A stretch of 64,000 nucleotides of DNA. Source: an uncultured Melioribacter sp. (GTDB lineage Bacteria > Bacteroidota > Ignavibacteria > Kapaibacteriales > Kapaibacteriaceae). Below the pieces are notes generated by a model. The model searched no databases and was not told the DNA's origin. It worked only from the letters and a program-made list of their open reading frames with translations. The DNA is taken from assembly GCA_964432155.1 (NCBI GenBank), contig CAYSMF010000009.1:4106-68105 (forward strand). The letters run 5' to 3'. The position numbers and the translations under genes are program-made. Position 1 is the first letter of the stretch. The number at the start of each line of letters is the position of its first letter. Below, one piece after another: positions 1 through 10,420 of the stretch.

Positions 1-572
1 AAGAGATTCTCAAACGGTGATCCACCTCGTACGGCGAGGTCGTTACGACCTGCTCCAGCGATGGCGACACCTGGAAGAAGTGCGACGGCGCGCACGACGT
101 CTTCCTGCACACCTGGGGCGCGTCGTACCTCTTCGCTCGTCAGCAACTGCGTTGACGTGATTGCAGTGCCGTCGCGTTTGAAGGCATCCGACACAACCAC
201 CGCTTCACCAAGCTGAACGGTTTTCTCTGAGAGTCGGATGAGCAGCGTAGCTGGCTTACCCGGACTGACGACAACGTCGTTGGTGAGGTCCGTTGCATAT
301 CCAACAAGAGTTGTCTTCACGCTGTAGACGCCGGCAGGAACCTTCGTTATGACGAATCGGCCATCTTTCTTCGTCACGGCACCGCGCTTGGTGCCAACAA
401 CCGTTACGGTTGCGCCTGTCACGGGCTGCTGCGTGACCATATCAACGACCTGGCCCGATACAACGCCTGTTGGCGTCGTGGACTGCGTTGTGTCGACCTG
501 TCCTTGGACGGCGACCGTCGCGAGCAGCAGAGTGATGACTGAACAGATGCGAACGAGTGCAGTCGTTGGCAT
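1..572 (-). CDS. TonB-dependent outer-membrane receptor, N-terminal part (gene runs off the window start)
   Basis: Reverse-complement translation from ATG at 572-570 gives MPTTALVRICSVITLLLATVAVQG (signal peptide), then a carboxypeptidase-regulatory-like region (VSGQVVD..TVTVVGTKRGAVTKKDGRFVITKVPAGVYSVKT) and a plug-like segment ending ..RNDLAVRGGSPFENL at position 3. The frame is open to the window edge, which is why it is absent from the ORF track. Confidence 0.6.
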   Translation of the reverse strand, partial: MPTTALVRICSVITLLLATVAVQGQVDTTQSTTPTGVVSGQVVDMVTQQPVTGATVTVVGTKRGAVTKKDGRFVITKVPAGVYSVKTTLVGYATDLTNDVVVSPGKPATLLIRLSEKTVQLGEAVVVSDAFKRDGTAITSTQLLTSEEVRRAPGVQEDVVRAVALLPGVAIAGAGRNDLAVRGGSPFENL

Positions 573-684
573 ACAACTCCTACGTGGAATAGTTAATCGA
601 AGTAGCGTGAAAGGATCGTAAACCCCTCCTCGCTGTGCAAAAGTTCCTCTTTGGCAGCTCGGCGCCGGCTTCTAGCTTCGTCTC

Positions 685-1314
685 ATGCTATCTCAATCAC
701 CACGTGTTCGTGCGGCCATCATTGGTTCGGGGAGCGGTACGAATGCCCGTGCGCTCTGTGCATATGCGGCTGCGAACGCCACAGGCTTTCAGATATGCCT
801 CATTATCGCAACGAAACACGACCTTGGAATCGTCGACGTAGCGCAGCAATTCGGTGTGCCGTGTGTGATCTGCGCTGACAAGGCCACATTTGCCGAGGAT
901 GTGTGTGCGTCGATCAACGATCACAACATCGAACTCCTCTTGCTTGCAGGACTGTTGCGTCACGTATCGTCGAGCATCGTTGCGTCGGTTAACGGTAACG
1001 TTCTCAATATTCATCCCTCTCTGCTCCCAAAGCATGGTGGGAAGGGGATGTACGGTCTGCATGTTCACCAAGCTGTCCTCGATGCAGGGGATACAACGAC
1101 AGGTGCTACCGTGCATCTCGTCACGGATGAATACGACCAAGGTCGGGTCATCGCCCAGGCTGAGGTGCCGGTCATTCAAGGTGAGACAGCAGAGCAACTT
1201 CAGGAGCGTGTCAAAGCCATCGAACATCAGCTCTACGGGCCTGCTGTTGATAAGTTCTGTGGCGAGCTGAATCAGCCCCGTTCATCCTCCAAAACTCCTC
1301 TCGAAGTGGCGTAA
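685..1314 (+). CDS. purN: Phosphoribosylglycinamide formyltransferase
   Basis: ATG start. Contains the NIHPSLLPKHGG motif and GxGSN-like N-terminus (AAIIGSGSGTNA) typical of PurN; 209 aa. Confidence 0.9.
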   Translation: MLSQSPRVRAAIIGSGSGTNARALCAYAAANATGFQICLIIATKHDLGIVDVAQQFGVPCVICADKATFAEDVCASINDHNIELLLLAGLLRHVSSSIVASVNGNVLNIHPSLLPKHGGKGMYGLHVHQAVLDAGDTTTGATVHLVTDEYDQGRVIAQAEVPVIQGETAEQLQERVKAIEHQLYGPAVDKFCGELNQPRSSSKTPLEVA

Positions 1315-1558
1315 AATGGGCCTTCGTACCATCATCAGTAACTTTTCTCACGAGGGAATGTTGATGCCTTACGACCCACCTGTGGAAGAAATCGGACATT
1401 TATTGTGGCTGTGTGAAGAAAATGTTTGACAATTCCGATCGAAATCACAATTTTATCGGACGCTCCCTGCACCGCGTGGGGTGTGTTATGCCTTGTACAC
1501 TGGAAAACTGATCGAATTTTACTTTTTCGTACTTGTTCACTGTTTAACAGAGGTTTGC

Positions 1559-4500
1559 ATGAGCCGCAGACTCCTACTTCTTGCTCTCATGACGGCAATG
1601 GTTGGCAGCACGCTTGCCTTCGCCGGAGACGGGAAAGATGGTGAGGATGTGTTGCGTAAGAGCGGTAGCCGGGCACCTGTGTCCTCCTACCCGCGTCCGT
1701 TCACTGAAACGGGTGCCAATTCGCGACTCTCCCCACAGATCTCCACGGGGTACTATTTTGTCGACTCGGACGACGAAGCACCAGATTTCTGGCGTCCCGA
1801 TCCGACGCAGTTCGTCGACACACTTACCGAACCAGGTACGTGGCGTCGTATCGTGTCTGGTCCGAAGCAGTTCGCGGGAACCTACTGGACAGATCCAGCG
1901 CAAAACACCTACGGTGGCTGGGCGTTCTTCCGCAACCCAGGTAATGCGAACGACTCGACAGACAACGCCTTTGCGGGTCCGATCTCGATCGGCTTCCCGT
2001 TCTACTTCAACGGCGTGCGCCAGGACTCGTTCTATGTCTCGACGAACGGTCTGATCCTGTTGACAAACCGTCGTTACTTCTACGAGTACGACAACTTTGG
2101 CTTCCCTACAACGCGCACACGCCTTGAAGTAACTCCTGGTGTGTTCTCGGCGTATGATCCAGCATCGGACGACACACGTGGTCGCTCAGGTGATGGCACA
2201 ACGGACGTAACTCTCGACGATTGGGGCTATCAGCTCGCAACAGGTGGTACTCCAACGAACGCAACAGGTGGTATCCGTTCGGGTGCCAACATGCGTCTTG
2301 AGAGCATCTCATCGCTGTTCGGCGGTCGTCTCCCGCAGGTCATCGCTCCAGCATGGGACGATCTCCAAGTGTCGGTGTACAACACGGAAAACAGCGCAGT
2401 AGACGACTTCTCGAAGGTCTACTACAAGCGTTCGCCATCGAACGACCGTCTTGTGATCTACTTCGTAAACCTCACACCGATTGGTGCTAAGACAGCTGTT
2501 GTTGGTGGCGTGACACACAACGTGAACTTCGCTGCAAACAACCGCCCAGGTATTGGCGAGCACTATCGCTTCTCGCTGCAAGTATCGCTCAACCGTAACG
2601 ACAGCTCTGTTGTTGTTCAGTACGAGCGCTTCTTCGGTATCGCTCCACGTAACGCCCTGCAGCCGCACCCAGCAACAGTATGGATGCGTTGTAACTCGAC
2701 AGTCGGTGTGACGGGTCCAGCTCGTCGTCTGAACTGGAACGGTTTCCCGGTTGCAATGCCTGCAAGCACAATCCTGGACTTCAATGCGTTGAAGTATCAG
2801 CAGTCAACAGAGTACTTGCACAACGTCAATACAGCAGCTGACGGCGGTATCCGTGCAGTGAGCGCACGTAACGACGACAACACAGTACCGAAGGACTTCC
2901 TTGCTATCAAGTTCAAGCAGTATAAGAATGTACTCCGCGTTATCAACGTGTCGTACCGTGTACGTGCGCTGAACCAAAATGCAAATCTTGCGTTCTCGGT
3001 TGTTGTGCCAACTGCACAAGCGAACAACTACGAGCTTCTTGCTGGTGACATCCGCCTCGGTGCGATCCAGCCAGTTGCTATCGTTCAGAACCTCACGAAC
3101 GACGTTCAAGGCCCACAAGGTGTGAACTACACAGCACAGGGTATCAACTTCAAGGTGCGCTTCCGCATCGTGAACGAAGCCACTGGCAAGATCGTGTACA
3201 ACACATCGAAGGCTGTTACAGACGCCGCACTCCGCGATACAACGCTCTCGGGCATCTATCGCTGCGACATCAACGGAAACAACCTCGCCTACCAGGCAGC
3301 TGGAACATTCGTACTTCCATACGAATTCATCAAGGTTGTGTTCCCTCCATTCGAGCCAAATGAATTCATCGACGACCAGATTGGTCGCTTGCTCACAACA
3401 GTTATTGCTGAGCCAAAGGATTCGCTCAATCAGCCGATTGGTGACCAGTGGCCGTTTGACGATACGACATCGATCCGCGTGTTCGTAATGCGTCGCCTCA
3501 CAGACTTCAACGATGACGTCAATGAGTTCCACCTCGTCGGTGGTGCAGCGATGCCTTCGGTTCTGAAGTGGGTGAACATCGAAACAGACGTTGTTGATGG
3601 TGATGAAGTAACGAACAACCCGCCACCTCCACGTGGTGAAGTTCCAGCGAAGAACTCGGACATCTTCCGCCTGAAGTCGCCGGTTATTCGTATCAACCGC
3701 GTGAACCTCTCGAACGGCGACATCCCTGCCTTCGGTCAGTACGGTGGCGACGAACTTCGTTCGTTCCCAATTAACCTCTCACGCCGCAAGCGCGCTGTAC
3801 TCTCGATCTCGTATCAGCGTACTGGTAAGCTCACAAACATTGGTCGTGGCTTCTCTGACAATCGTCTGATCGGCCCTGAGCATCGCGTGAACATGCTTGC
3901 TGTGAACGGCTTCACACCAGGCTACCGTAATCCAGACGAACTCTGGGTTGAGTTTGCACGTCCATCGAACGACCAGCTGAATGGTATCACAAATATCCAG
4001 CAGTGGGTTCTTGACCCACAGAATCGTGGCACACGCTACCTCCAGCCATTCCGTATGTGGGGTGGTGGCGGTATGGCACGTGGTTATGATCTGAACGATT
4101 ACAACCTCCAGATGGAGAACAACGCGACACCGCCACTTGGTGGTTTCCGTGAAGACCTCTTCGACGACGGTAAGGACTTTGAATACTACAAGGTCACGAT
4201 CCCAATTCCTGACACAGTACTTCGCTGGGTCAACGAAGGTGCTCGTAACTTCCGTTTCCGTCTGCGTGCTCGCTGCTTGAACAACTCGACACCTCCAAAC
4301 CCAGCTGACGACGAGGACAACTTCTTCATCGATAACGTGAAGATCCTCTACCCAGACGAAGTAACGGACGTTGAGTTCTCGAACATCCAGCTTATTTGGC
4401 CATACACGATGGCTCCTGCATCGCAGGCAACACGTGTTCCGATTCGTGTGAAGCTGTCGAACAACACGAACATCGCAGCTCCTGCGTTCTCGGTACGCCT

Positions 4501-6268
4501 CCAGATCAAGCCTGATGGTAATGAGTTCCAGCAGATCTACTGCCGCACGATCACGGTTCCAACACTTGCTGGTAACCGCGAAGTATTGCTCCCATTCCCA
4601 GATGCGAACTTCCGTACAACAACACCTGGTCTCTACAAGGTGACGGGTCGCATCTTCTTCCCAGGCAATGACCTTGATACACTGAACGATTCGACGTTCA
4701 CAACATTCCGTATGACATTCGGTCCGTCGTTCTCATACGAGAACAACCCAACGAATTCAACGAACGATGTGCCGAAGCTTCAATTCTCGGGTATCTCAGG
4801 TAAGGGTCTTAACCACCGCGGTGCTTCTTCAGGCGCAGCAGGTTCAGGCTGGCAGTCACCACTCGTTGGTCCAACAGCTCAGTACACATCTGGTTCGACA
4901 TGGGGCACGTTCCCAGCGGGCGTAGGTGCGAACGACATGTTTGGTGCTGACGCTGGTAACGCTTCGGGTCAGATTGCTATGCGCTTTACACTGTTCTCAC
5001 AAGACACAGTGATCGGCTACCAAGCATACTGGGCTGAACTCAACCAAGACGTGTTGAACATCTCGTTCTCACTCTACCGTGACCAAGGTGGTCTTCCTGG
5101 CGACGACCGCATCGCGAACTCAACAATCCTCCGCCGTCGTGGTGAGGACGAGACAGGTGCATTCACAGAGCCACAATTCGGTAAGTATGTAACATACCTG
5201 CTCGCCGCACCAGTGGTCATCCCACCGGGTGAGTACTGGGCATCTGTTGCTCAGATGGGTACTGAAGGTTACGAACTCGGTGCATCGGAATCACGCATGG
5301 GTATGGTGACAACACTCTACTCTGACGTTCCTGTGTTCGGTATCGGTAACCGTACGCTTCTCGTCGACAAGAACTTCCGCGTTCGTCAGCGTAGCGGTGC
5401 GCTCCTTAACGACAACCGCTTTGCATACGAACTCACACGCTTCAGCGGTGACTGGGTGCCATTCACACCGACAATCGGTAACCCTGGCTATCCACACCTC
5501 GACGCTATGGGTACAAGCCTTGGCTATGCTACGTTCACACGTGGTTCATGGATCCCGATGCTTCGTCCATACTTCGGAAACCGCTCGTTCGCAAGCCCTC
5601 CTGTATTCGTCGACTGTGGCGTTCCAGTGGAACTCACATACTTCGATGCAAAGGCTCGCGCAAAGGGTGTCGACATCTTCTGGGAAACAGCAACAGAAAA
5701 GAACAACGCTGGTTTCCATGTTGAGCGTCGCTCAGTGAAGGAAGTCACAAACCTTGCAACAGCTACATCGCTTTCATGTGTTGATCGCACAAGCTCGATC
5801 GAAAACCCATGGCAGTCGATTGGCTACGTGCCAGGCGTCGGCAATGCAACAACAGTATCGAACTACAAGTATTTCGATGCAAACGTTGCTCCTGCTACGA
5901 AGTATGAGTATCGCCTCCGTCAGGTCGACGTAGATGGTGCTCAGTCGTTCTCGAACGTTGTGAATGTTGAATTCGGTTCAGCAAACGCAGTTGCTCTCGA
6001 CGACAACTTCCCGAACCCAACGAACGGCAAGACAACCTTCAGCTTCAACGTTCCGTTCAGCGCGAAGGTCAAGCTCGAAGTGTTCGACATGATGGGCAAC
6101 CTCGTCCACACAGTGTATGACAACAACGTTGCTGGCGCTACTTCAACATATGCTGTTGAGTGGGACGGCCGTAACAGCCTCGGCATGGACGTAGCTTCTG
6201 GCTCGTACATGTACAAGCTCACTGTTGGCGAGACAACGCTCTCGAAGACACTCACGATCGTTCGCTAA
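1559..6268 (+). CDS. Very large secreted protein (1569 aa) with T9SS C-terminal sorting domain; function unknown
   Basis: ATG at 1559 with GAGG 7 nt upstream. Signal peptide MSRRLLLLALMTAMVGSTLAFA. FN3-like region (VDIFWETATEKNNAGFHVERR..YEYRLRQVDVDGAQSFS) followed by T9SS CTD (FPNPTNGKTTFSFNV..KVKLEVFDMMGNLV..YKLTVGETTLSKTLTIVR). The track ORF starts upstream at 1481 but the SP-bearing Met is in frame 26 codons later. Confidence 0.75.
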   Translation: MSRRLLLLALMTAMVGSTLAFAGDGKDGEDVLRKSGSRAPVSSYPRPFTETGANSRLSPQISTGYYFVDSDDEAPDFWRPDPTQFVDTLTEPGTWRRIVSGPKQFAGTYWTDPAQNTYGGWAFFRNPGNANDSTDNAFAGPISIGFPFYFNGVRQDSFYVSTNGLILLTNRRYFYEYDNFGFPTTRTRLEVTPGVFSAYDPASDDTRGRSGDGTTDVTLDDWGYQLATGGTPTNATGGIRSGANMRLESISSLFGGRLPQVIAPAWDDLQVSVYNTENSAVDDFSKVYYKRSPSNDRLVIYFVNLTPIGAKTAVVGGVTHNVNFAANNRPGIGEHYRFSLQVSLNRNDSSVVVQYERFFGIAPRNALQPHPATVWMRCNSTVGVTGPARRLNWNGFPVAMPASTILDFNALKYQQSTEYLHNVNTAADGGIRAVSARNDDNTVPKDFLAIKFKQYKNVLRVINVSYRVRALNQNANLAFSVVVPTAQANNYELLAGDIRLGAIQPVAIVQNLTNDVQGPQGVNYTAQGINFKVRFRIVNEATGKIVYNTSKAVTDAALRDTTLSGIYRCDINGNNLAYQAAGTFVLPYEFIKVVFPPFEPNEFIDDQIGRLLTTVIAEPKDSLNQPIGDQWPFDDTTSIRVFVMRRLTDFNDDVNEFHLVGGAAMPSVLKWVNIETDVVDGDEVTNNPPPPRGEVPAKNSDIFRLKSPVIRINRVNLSNGDIPAFGQYGGDELRSFPINLSRRKRAVLSISYQRTGKLTNIGRGFSDNRLIGPEHRVNMLAVNGFTPGYRNPDELWVEFARPSNDQLNGITNIQQWVLDPQNRGTRYLQPFRMWGGGGMARGYDLNDYNLQMENNATPPLGGFREDLFDDGKDFEYYKVTIPIPDTVLRWVNEGARNFRFRLRARCLNNSTPPNPADDEDNFFIDNVKILYPDEVTDVEFSNIQLIWPYTMAPASQATRVPIRVKLSNNTNIAAPAFSVRLQIKPDGNEFQQIYCRTITVPTLAGNREVLLPFPDANFRTTTPGLYKVTGRIFFPGNDLDTLNDSTFTTFRMTFGPSFSYENNPTNSTNDVPKLQFSGISGKGLNHRGASSGAAGSGWQSPLVGPTAQYTSGSTWGTFPAGVGANDMFGADAGNASGQIAMRFTLFSQDTVIGYQAYWAELNQDVLNISFSLYRDQGGLPGDDRIANSTILRRRGEDETGAFTEPQFGKYVTYLLAAPVVIPPGEYWASVAQMGTEGYELGASESRMGMVTTLYSDVPVFGIGNRTLLVDKNFRVRQRSGALLNDNRFAYELTRFSGDWVPFTPTIGNPGYPHLDAMGTSLGYATFTRGSWIPMLRPYFGNRSFASPPVFVDCGVPVELTYFDAKARAKGVDIFWETATEKNNAGFHVERRSVKEVTNLATATSLSCVDRTSSIENPWQSIGYVPGVGNATTVSNYKYFDANVAPATKYEYRLRQVDVDGAQSFSNVVNVEFGSANAVALDDNFPNPTNGKTTFSFNVPFSAKVKLEVFDMMGNLVHTVYDNNVAGATSTYAVEWDGRNSLGMDVASGSYMYKLTVGETTLSKTLTIVR

Positions 6269-6289
6269 GCGAATCGACCGACTCTATCC

Positions 6290-6330
6290 GAAAGCCCTCG
6301 ACACGTTTTGTGTCGAGGGCTTTCGCTGTT
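6290..6330 (+). terminator. Rho-independent terminator after the T9SS cargo gene
   Basis: Perfect 15-bp inverted repeat gaaagccctcgacac / gtgtcgagggctttc with gtttt loop, followed by a T-rich tail (gctgtttaatt). Confidence 0.6.
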
Positions 6331-6348
6331 TAATTGCGAGATTGCGGT

Positions 6349-7317
6349 ATGGAACGTTCTCAACTTCTTGAGCAGGCTCGAATGGGCCTCCAATGGCAGC
6401 GTGCATCTATTGCGCTGTTGGAAGAGCACATTGATGATGCGTTTTGCGATGCTGCGCAGCTCATCGCTGGCGCTTCCAAGGTGGTAACTACTGGTCTAGG
6501 TAAGTCGGGCTTCATTGCTCGAAAGATGGCTGCTACGCTCACAAGTGTCCATATCCCGGGCGTATACCTTCACCCAGTTGATGCCCTGCATGGTGATCTT
6601 GGAATGCTCGGCCCTTCTGATGTCTTGGTTGCCTTCTCCAAGAGCGGAGAGACCTCCGAGGTTGTGCATCTGGCAAGCCTCGTTCGCGAGTTGGGCATGC
6701 CTATCATCTCGATCTCATCACGAAGCGAAACGTCAATGCAGGCTATCTCAACGATTGCTCTGGTTGCGCCAAGTGTTCATGAGTACGACGAGCATAACAT
6801 TCTTCCGACGACAAGCACTACACAAGCTCTGATTCTCGCAGACCTTCTGAGTGTGGCTGCTGCGCACAGCACGGGTGATCTGGTTGCCCGCCTCCAGCGA
6901 TCACACCCACACGGCGGGATTGGCGCAGCGTTGCTGCGCACCGTCGAACAGGTTATGCATGCAGGCGACGCATTGCCACGCATCGATCCTGCGTCAAGTG
7001 TGTCCGACGCCGTCGAAGTACTGTCGCGCACGGCGTTGGGTATCGTCTGCGTGATGGGCGAGCAAAATGATCTGCTTGGAATTCTCACCGACGGGGATGT
7101 GCGTCGCCTCGTAGCATCATCAGAAACACCGATGACGATGCTGGTTCGTGATGTGATGACGACGCAACCGTCAGTCGTCCAAGCGACGGATACATTGCAT
7201 CAGGCGCTCCAGTGTATGGAACGTCGTGACCGACAGATAAGCGCGGTGCCTGTCCTGAGTGATGGTCGATGCGTTGGTGTTGTGCGCGTTCACGATATCG
7301 TGCGCGCCCAATGGTAA
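6349..7317 (+). CDS. kdsD: KpsF/GutQ-family arabinose-5-phosphate isomerase (SIS domain plus two CBS domains)
   Basis: SIS-domain motifs (VVTTGLGKSGFIARKMAATL, VLVAFSKSGETSE) and tandem CBS region (ILTDGDVRRL.., AVPVLSDGRCVGVVRVHDI). The track start at 6334 is TTG; the first ATG is at 6349. Confidence 0.8.
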   Translation: MERSQLLEQARMGLQWQRASIALLEEHIDDAFCDAAQLIAGASKVVTTGLGKSGFIARKMAATLTSVHIPGVYLHPVDALHGDLGMLGPSDVLVAFSKSGETSEVVHLASLVRELGMPIISISSRSETSMQAISTIALVAPSVHEYDEHNILPTTSTTQALILADLLSVAAAHSTGDLVARLQRSHPHGGIGAALLRTVEQVMHAGDALPRIDPASSVSDAVEVLSRTALGIVCVMGEQNDLLGILTDGDVRRLVASSETPMTMLVRDVMTTQPSVVQATDTLHQALQCMERRDRQISAVPVLSDGRCVGVVRVHDIVRAQW

Positions 7318-7338
7318 CCGCCGCTGGTGCTTGGTCCG

Positions 7339-8454
7339 TTAGCGACGGATCGGCTGCCGTGGTGCTGGTGTAATGATTGGCTGCTCAATCGCACGTCGAC
7401 GTTGTGTTGTCGCAGGCTTACGCTGTGGTTGAGCCCGGCGTTGTGGCTTAGCCGCCTGACGACGACCACGTTGTGGCGCTGCCGCGCGTTGACGTGATGG
7501 GGCTTGCTGACGTGCGACAGCGGGCTTTGGCTTCGGCGGAGCTACTTGGGCTGGCTTTGGTGCAGGCTTCGCCGGAGGAGCTTGCTGGGTTGGCGGCTTA
7601 TATGCCGTATTTGACGCCGTAACGTCCTTCCGGGTGATCTTTACTTCGCGAACAGCTTCGCCAGCCTTGCCAAACACGGGCAGGGGAGATTCGTTACGGA
7701 AGAACTGTACCGCACCGGCGTTTTGAATCGAGACAACGAATTTCTCCATTGCGCTCCAGCGATACTCCGTCTCCGGAACGACCACTACCTGTTGGGAGCG
7801 CGTGCCATCCATTGTAATGCTCACCCACGCCGTATCCTGCGCTACCGCTGTGAGAATGATCGAATCAGTCGGTGCAATGGCATTCGGATCCTGAACTTGA
7901 ATCACATCCTCAGTGGCTGTGTCGTTCGATGTCGAAGAGTCACATGCACGGATACCCAGCCACAGAAGGATCACGAGAAGTACTGCCGCGCCACCAATCA
8001 GTGCACGACGTGGTATACGTGTCGATACGCTCTGTAGCTGCTGCATTGGTTGCTGCGTCGCGGCTCGAACTTTTTCGACTGATGCCGCAACGGCATCGGA
8101 TGTACGCTGTGCGGCCTGACTCAGCGAGATCGACGACTCGCGTGGCGGCGGTGTAGGCTGGTATGCTGGAAGACGTTCACCAGCATCCTGCTGCTCGTCG
8201 AATGTAGCCGACATCAGCGATGCAAGTTCTGCTGCGGGAATTCCCAAGGCACTACCGAGTGTTCGTATGAATGACCGAACATAGACGGCAGGAAGCACGT
8301 CGTAGCGGCCTCGCTCAAGTGCTTCGATGTACGGCTCACGTATCTTCGTCGTAGCTGCGAGCTCGCGTATCGAAAGTCCACGACGCTGACGCTCGCTGAA
8401 AAACCGTTGTGACAGGGGATCCATGACTGCAAATATGCCGTCCGTTCGCGACAT
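7339..8454 (-). CDS. rodZ: RodZ-like cytoskeletal protein (XRE-type HTH, TM segment, DUF4115-like C-terminal domain, Pro/Arg-rich basic tail)
   Basis: N-terminal HTH (LSERQRRGLSIRELAATTKIREPYIEALERG), TM helix (ALIGGAAVLLVILLWLGI), DUF4115-like beta domain (VSITMDGTRSQQVVVVPETEYRW..VQFFRNESPLPVFGKAGE), then about 90 aa PPAKPAPKPAQ../RRAQPQRKP low-complexity tail. Confidence 0.65.
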   Translation of the reverse strand: MSRTDGIFAVMDPLSQRFFSERQRRGLSIRELAATTKIREPYIEALERGRYDVLPAVYVRSFIRTLGSALGIPAAELASLMSATFDEQQDAGERLPAYQPTPPPRESSISLSQAAQRTSDAVAASVEKVRAATQQPMQQLQSVSTRIPRRALIGGAAVLLVILLWLGIRACDSSTSNDTATEDVIQVQDPNAIAPTDSIILTAVAQDTAWVSITMDGTRSQQVVVVPETEYRWSAMEKFVVSIQNAGAVQFFRNESPLPVFGKAGEAVREVKITRKDVTASNTAYKPPTQQAPPAKPAPKPAQVAPPKPKPAVARQQAPSRQRAAAPQRGRRQAAKPQRRAQPQRKPATTQRRRAIEQPIITPAPRQPIRR

Positions 8455-8480
8455 TCATTCACCTTTTCGCAGGTAGCGGT

Positions 8481-9056
8481 GTGGATTGGACGTTGTTTCT
8501 CCATGGTGCGTATGTGGCCTTCGCGTTCGCCGTGCTTCTCTTCGGCGCATTGGCCTATCGCCAGGTCCTCGACAATCTCGATGTCCGCCGTCTCCGGTTC
8601 GGTGAGGACCGAGCCTCGTACGTGAGCGCTCCCGGAATCCTCATTTCGGTTGGAGCCTCACTTTGCACCGTCCTGCTCATGGGTCTGCTCTATTCCACCC
8701 CGCATGAGTCGATCTTCCTGTACGCACTCCCGCTCATCATGCTGGTCCAGAATGCACAAATGTTCCTACGCGTCATCTTTCAGCGCACACGGATCACAAC
8801 CACTGGGATTATCGTGCGCCCCCTGCTCCGAACAGCGCTATCGGCAATGCACTATGATGGGATGATTACCGTTTCGTTTCGTTCGGAACGCCTCTGGACG
8901 GCTGTGACCGTGATTCACGCATCACACGGGCCTGTGACATTCCGTATTTTTGCGTTCTCTGTTCGCCCCCTTGAGCGAATCCTGCGCGCCAACACGCGCG
9001 CCGAGATTTTCTACGTTGGGTCGACTGCACGCGACACTTCTTCATCACACACATAA
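8481..9056 (+). CDS. Hypothetical membrane protein (3 predicted TM helices plus soluble C-terminal region)
   Basis: ORF of 191 aa with hydrophobic N-terminal helices. Only a GTG start is available (no in-frame ATG near the 5' end). Coding-like codon usage. No family recognised. Confidence 0.3.
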   Translation: MDWTLFLHGAYVAFAFAVLLFGALAYRQVLDNLDVRRLRFGEDRASYVSAPGILISVGASLCTVLLMGLLYSTPHESIFLYALPLIMLVQNAQMFLRVIFQRTRITTTGIIVRPLLRTALSAMHYDGMITVSFRSERLWTAVTVIHASHGPVTFRIFAFSVRPLERILRANTRAEIFYVGSTARDTSSSHT

Positions 9057-9061
9057 GCGAC

Positions 9062-10420
9062 ATGAAATCTTCCATCCGGATTGCGTCAGGTCAGGGTTTT
9101 TGGGGCGACCTTCAGAGTGCTCCACTGCAACAGGTATCACGCGGTCAGATAGACTATCTCGTGATGGACTACCTGGCGGAAGTCACGATGTCGATTCTTC
9201 AGAAGCAGCGGATGCGGAATCCCGATCTCGGCTATGCACGCGACCTGGTCGATGTATGCGAGGAGATCCTGCCGTACCTCGTTGAGCGCGGCATCACGCT
9301 GATTACGAACGGCGGCGGCGTGAATCCACTCGCAGCTCGCGATCGCATCTTCGAAGTGGCGCGCAAGCAGGGTGTGAAGGGACTGAAGATTGGCGTCGTA
9401 ACTGGTGACGATATCCTGCCGCGGATCAGCGAGCTCGTCGACCAAGGACACGAGCTGCGCCATATGGAAACCAATGAGCCTATCGCAGCTGTAAAGGATC
9501 GTCTGCTCAGCGCAAACGTCTACACAGGCGCATGGCCAGTCGTTGAAGCACTGCATCAGGGTGCACAGATTATCATCACTGGACGAACAACGGATACAGG
9601 TCTCACCCTTGCTCCGATGATTCACGAGTTTGGATGGGGCGAACAAGACTGGGATTTGCTTGCTGCTGGTACGGTTGCCGGACACATCAACGAATGTGGT
9701 GCGCAGGCGAGCGGTGGAAACTTCCTGGGTGATTGGCGCTCGCTGAAGAACATGCATGATGTGGGCTTCCCGATCATTGAAGCATACCCGGATGGTTCGT
9801 TCATCGTAACAAAGCACGAGGGTACAGGCGGTGCGGTGACGCGCGAGACGGTGAGTGAGCAGCTGATGTACGAGATCGGTGATCCAACGATGTACATCAC
9901 GCCAGACTGTATTGCCGATTTCTCATCGATCCACCTTGAAGATCTTGGCAACGACCGCGTTCGTGTGTTCGGCATTACCGGAAAGCCATACACACCGTCG
10001 TACAAGGTAAGTGCGAGCTATCTCGACGGATTTGTAGCGTTTGGATCGCTCACATATTCAGCCCCAGATGCCTACGAAAAGGCACAAGCTGCGGATGCGA
10101 TCCTTCGTAAGCGACTCGAGTTGCTCGGGCTTTCGTTCGACGAGATCCGCACGGAGTACGTTGGCTTGAACGCATGTCATGGACCGATCGCAAAGAACAT
10201 CGAGCCGAACGAGGTGATGATGCGTATTGGTGTTCGTGGTCATGACAAGGCTGCAATCGAACGCTTCAGCAAGGAGCTTGCACCGTTGATTCTTACCGGA
10301 CCGCCGAGCGTTACGGGCTTTTCGGGTGGTCGTCCGAAGCCAAGTGATGTGGTCGCGTATTTCCCTGCACTCCTTGACAAACGTGTAGTCGAGATGCACG
10401 TGCAGGTTGATGAGATCTAA
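9062..10420 (+). CDS. DUF1446 family protein (acyclic-terpene-utilisation AtuA-like)
   Basis: ATG start. 452 aa with N-terminal IASGQGFWGD..IDYLVMDYLAEVTMSIL and ITNGGGVNP / GRTTDTGL motifs characteristic of the DUF1446/AtuA family. Confidence 0.7.
   Translation: MKSSIRIASGQGFWGDLQSAPLQQVSRGQIDYLVMDYLAEVTMSILQKQRMRNPDLGYARDLVDVCEEILPYLVERGITLITNGGGVNPLAARDRIFEVARKQGVKGLKIGVVTGDDILPRISELVDQGHELRHMETNEPIAAVKDRLLSANVYTGAWPVVEALHQGAQIIITGRTTDTGLTLAPMIHEFGWGEQDWDLLAAGTVAGHINECGAQASGGNFLGDWRSLKNMHDVGFPIIEAYPDGSFIVTKHEGTGGAVTRETVSEQLMYEIGDPTMYITPDCIADFSSIHLEDLGNDRVRVFGITGKPYTPSYKVSASYLDGFVAFGSLTYSAPDAYEKAQAADAILRKRLELLGLSFDEIRTEYVGLNACHGPIAKNIEPNEVMMRIGVRGHDKAAIERFSKELAPLILTGPPSVTGFSGGRPKPSDVVAYFPALLDKRVVEMHVQVDEI

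Noticed and set aside
697-1227. 176-aa minus-strand ORF fully inside purN. Similar antisense ORFs occur inside other confident genes (for example 2804..3532 and 3430..3723 in the T9SS cargo gene, 9137..9817 in DUF1446, 35312..36181 in recG, 39456..40256 in ACMSD, 47394..48127 in dapD, 51806..52513 in the helicase).
   Set aside because: Each overlaps a gene with strong family-level evidence on the other strand or frame, and each lacks a recognisable domain. Long antisense ORFs are expected in 57% GC DNA with few stop codons.
1316-1429. 37-codon ORF immediately after the purN stop, and a TTGACA hexamer at about 1425 upstream of the T9SS cargo gene.
   Set aside because: The ORF is too short and has no SD. 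TTGACA lacks a convincing -10 partner at 16-18 bp, so it is not called as a promoter.
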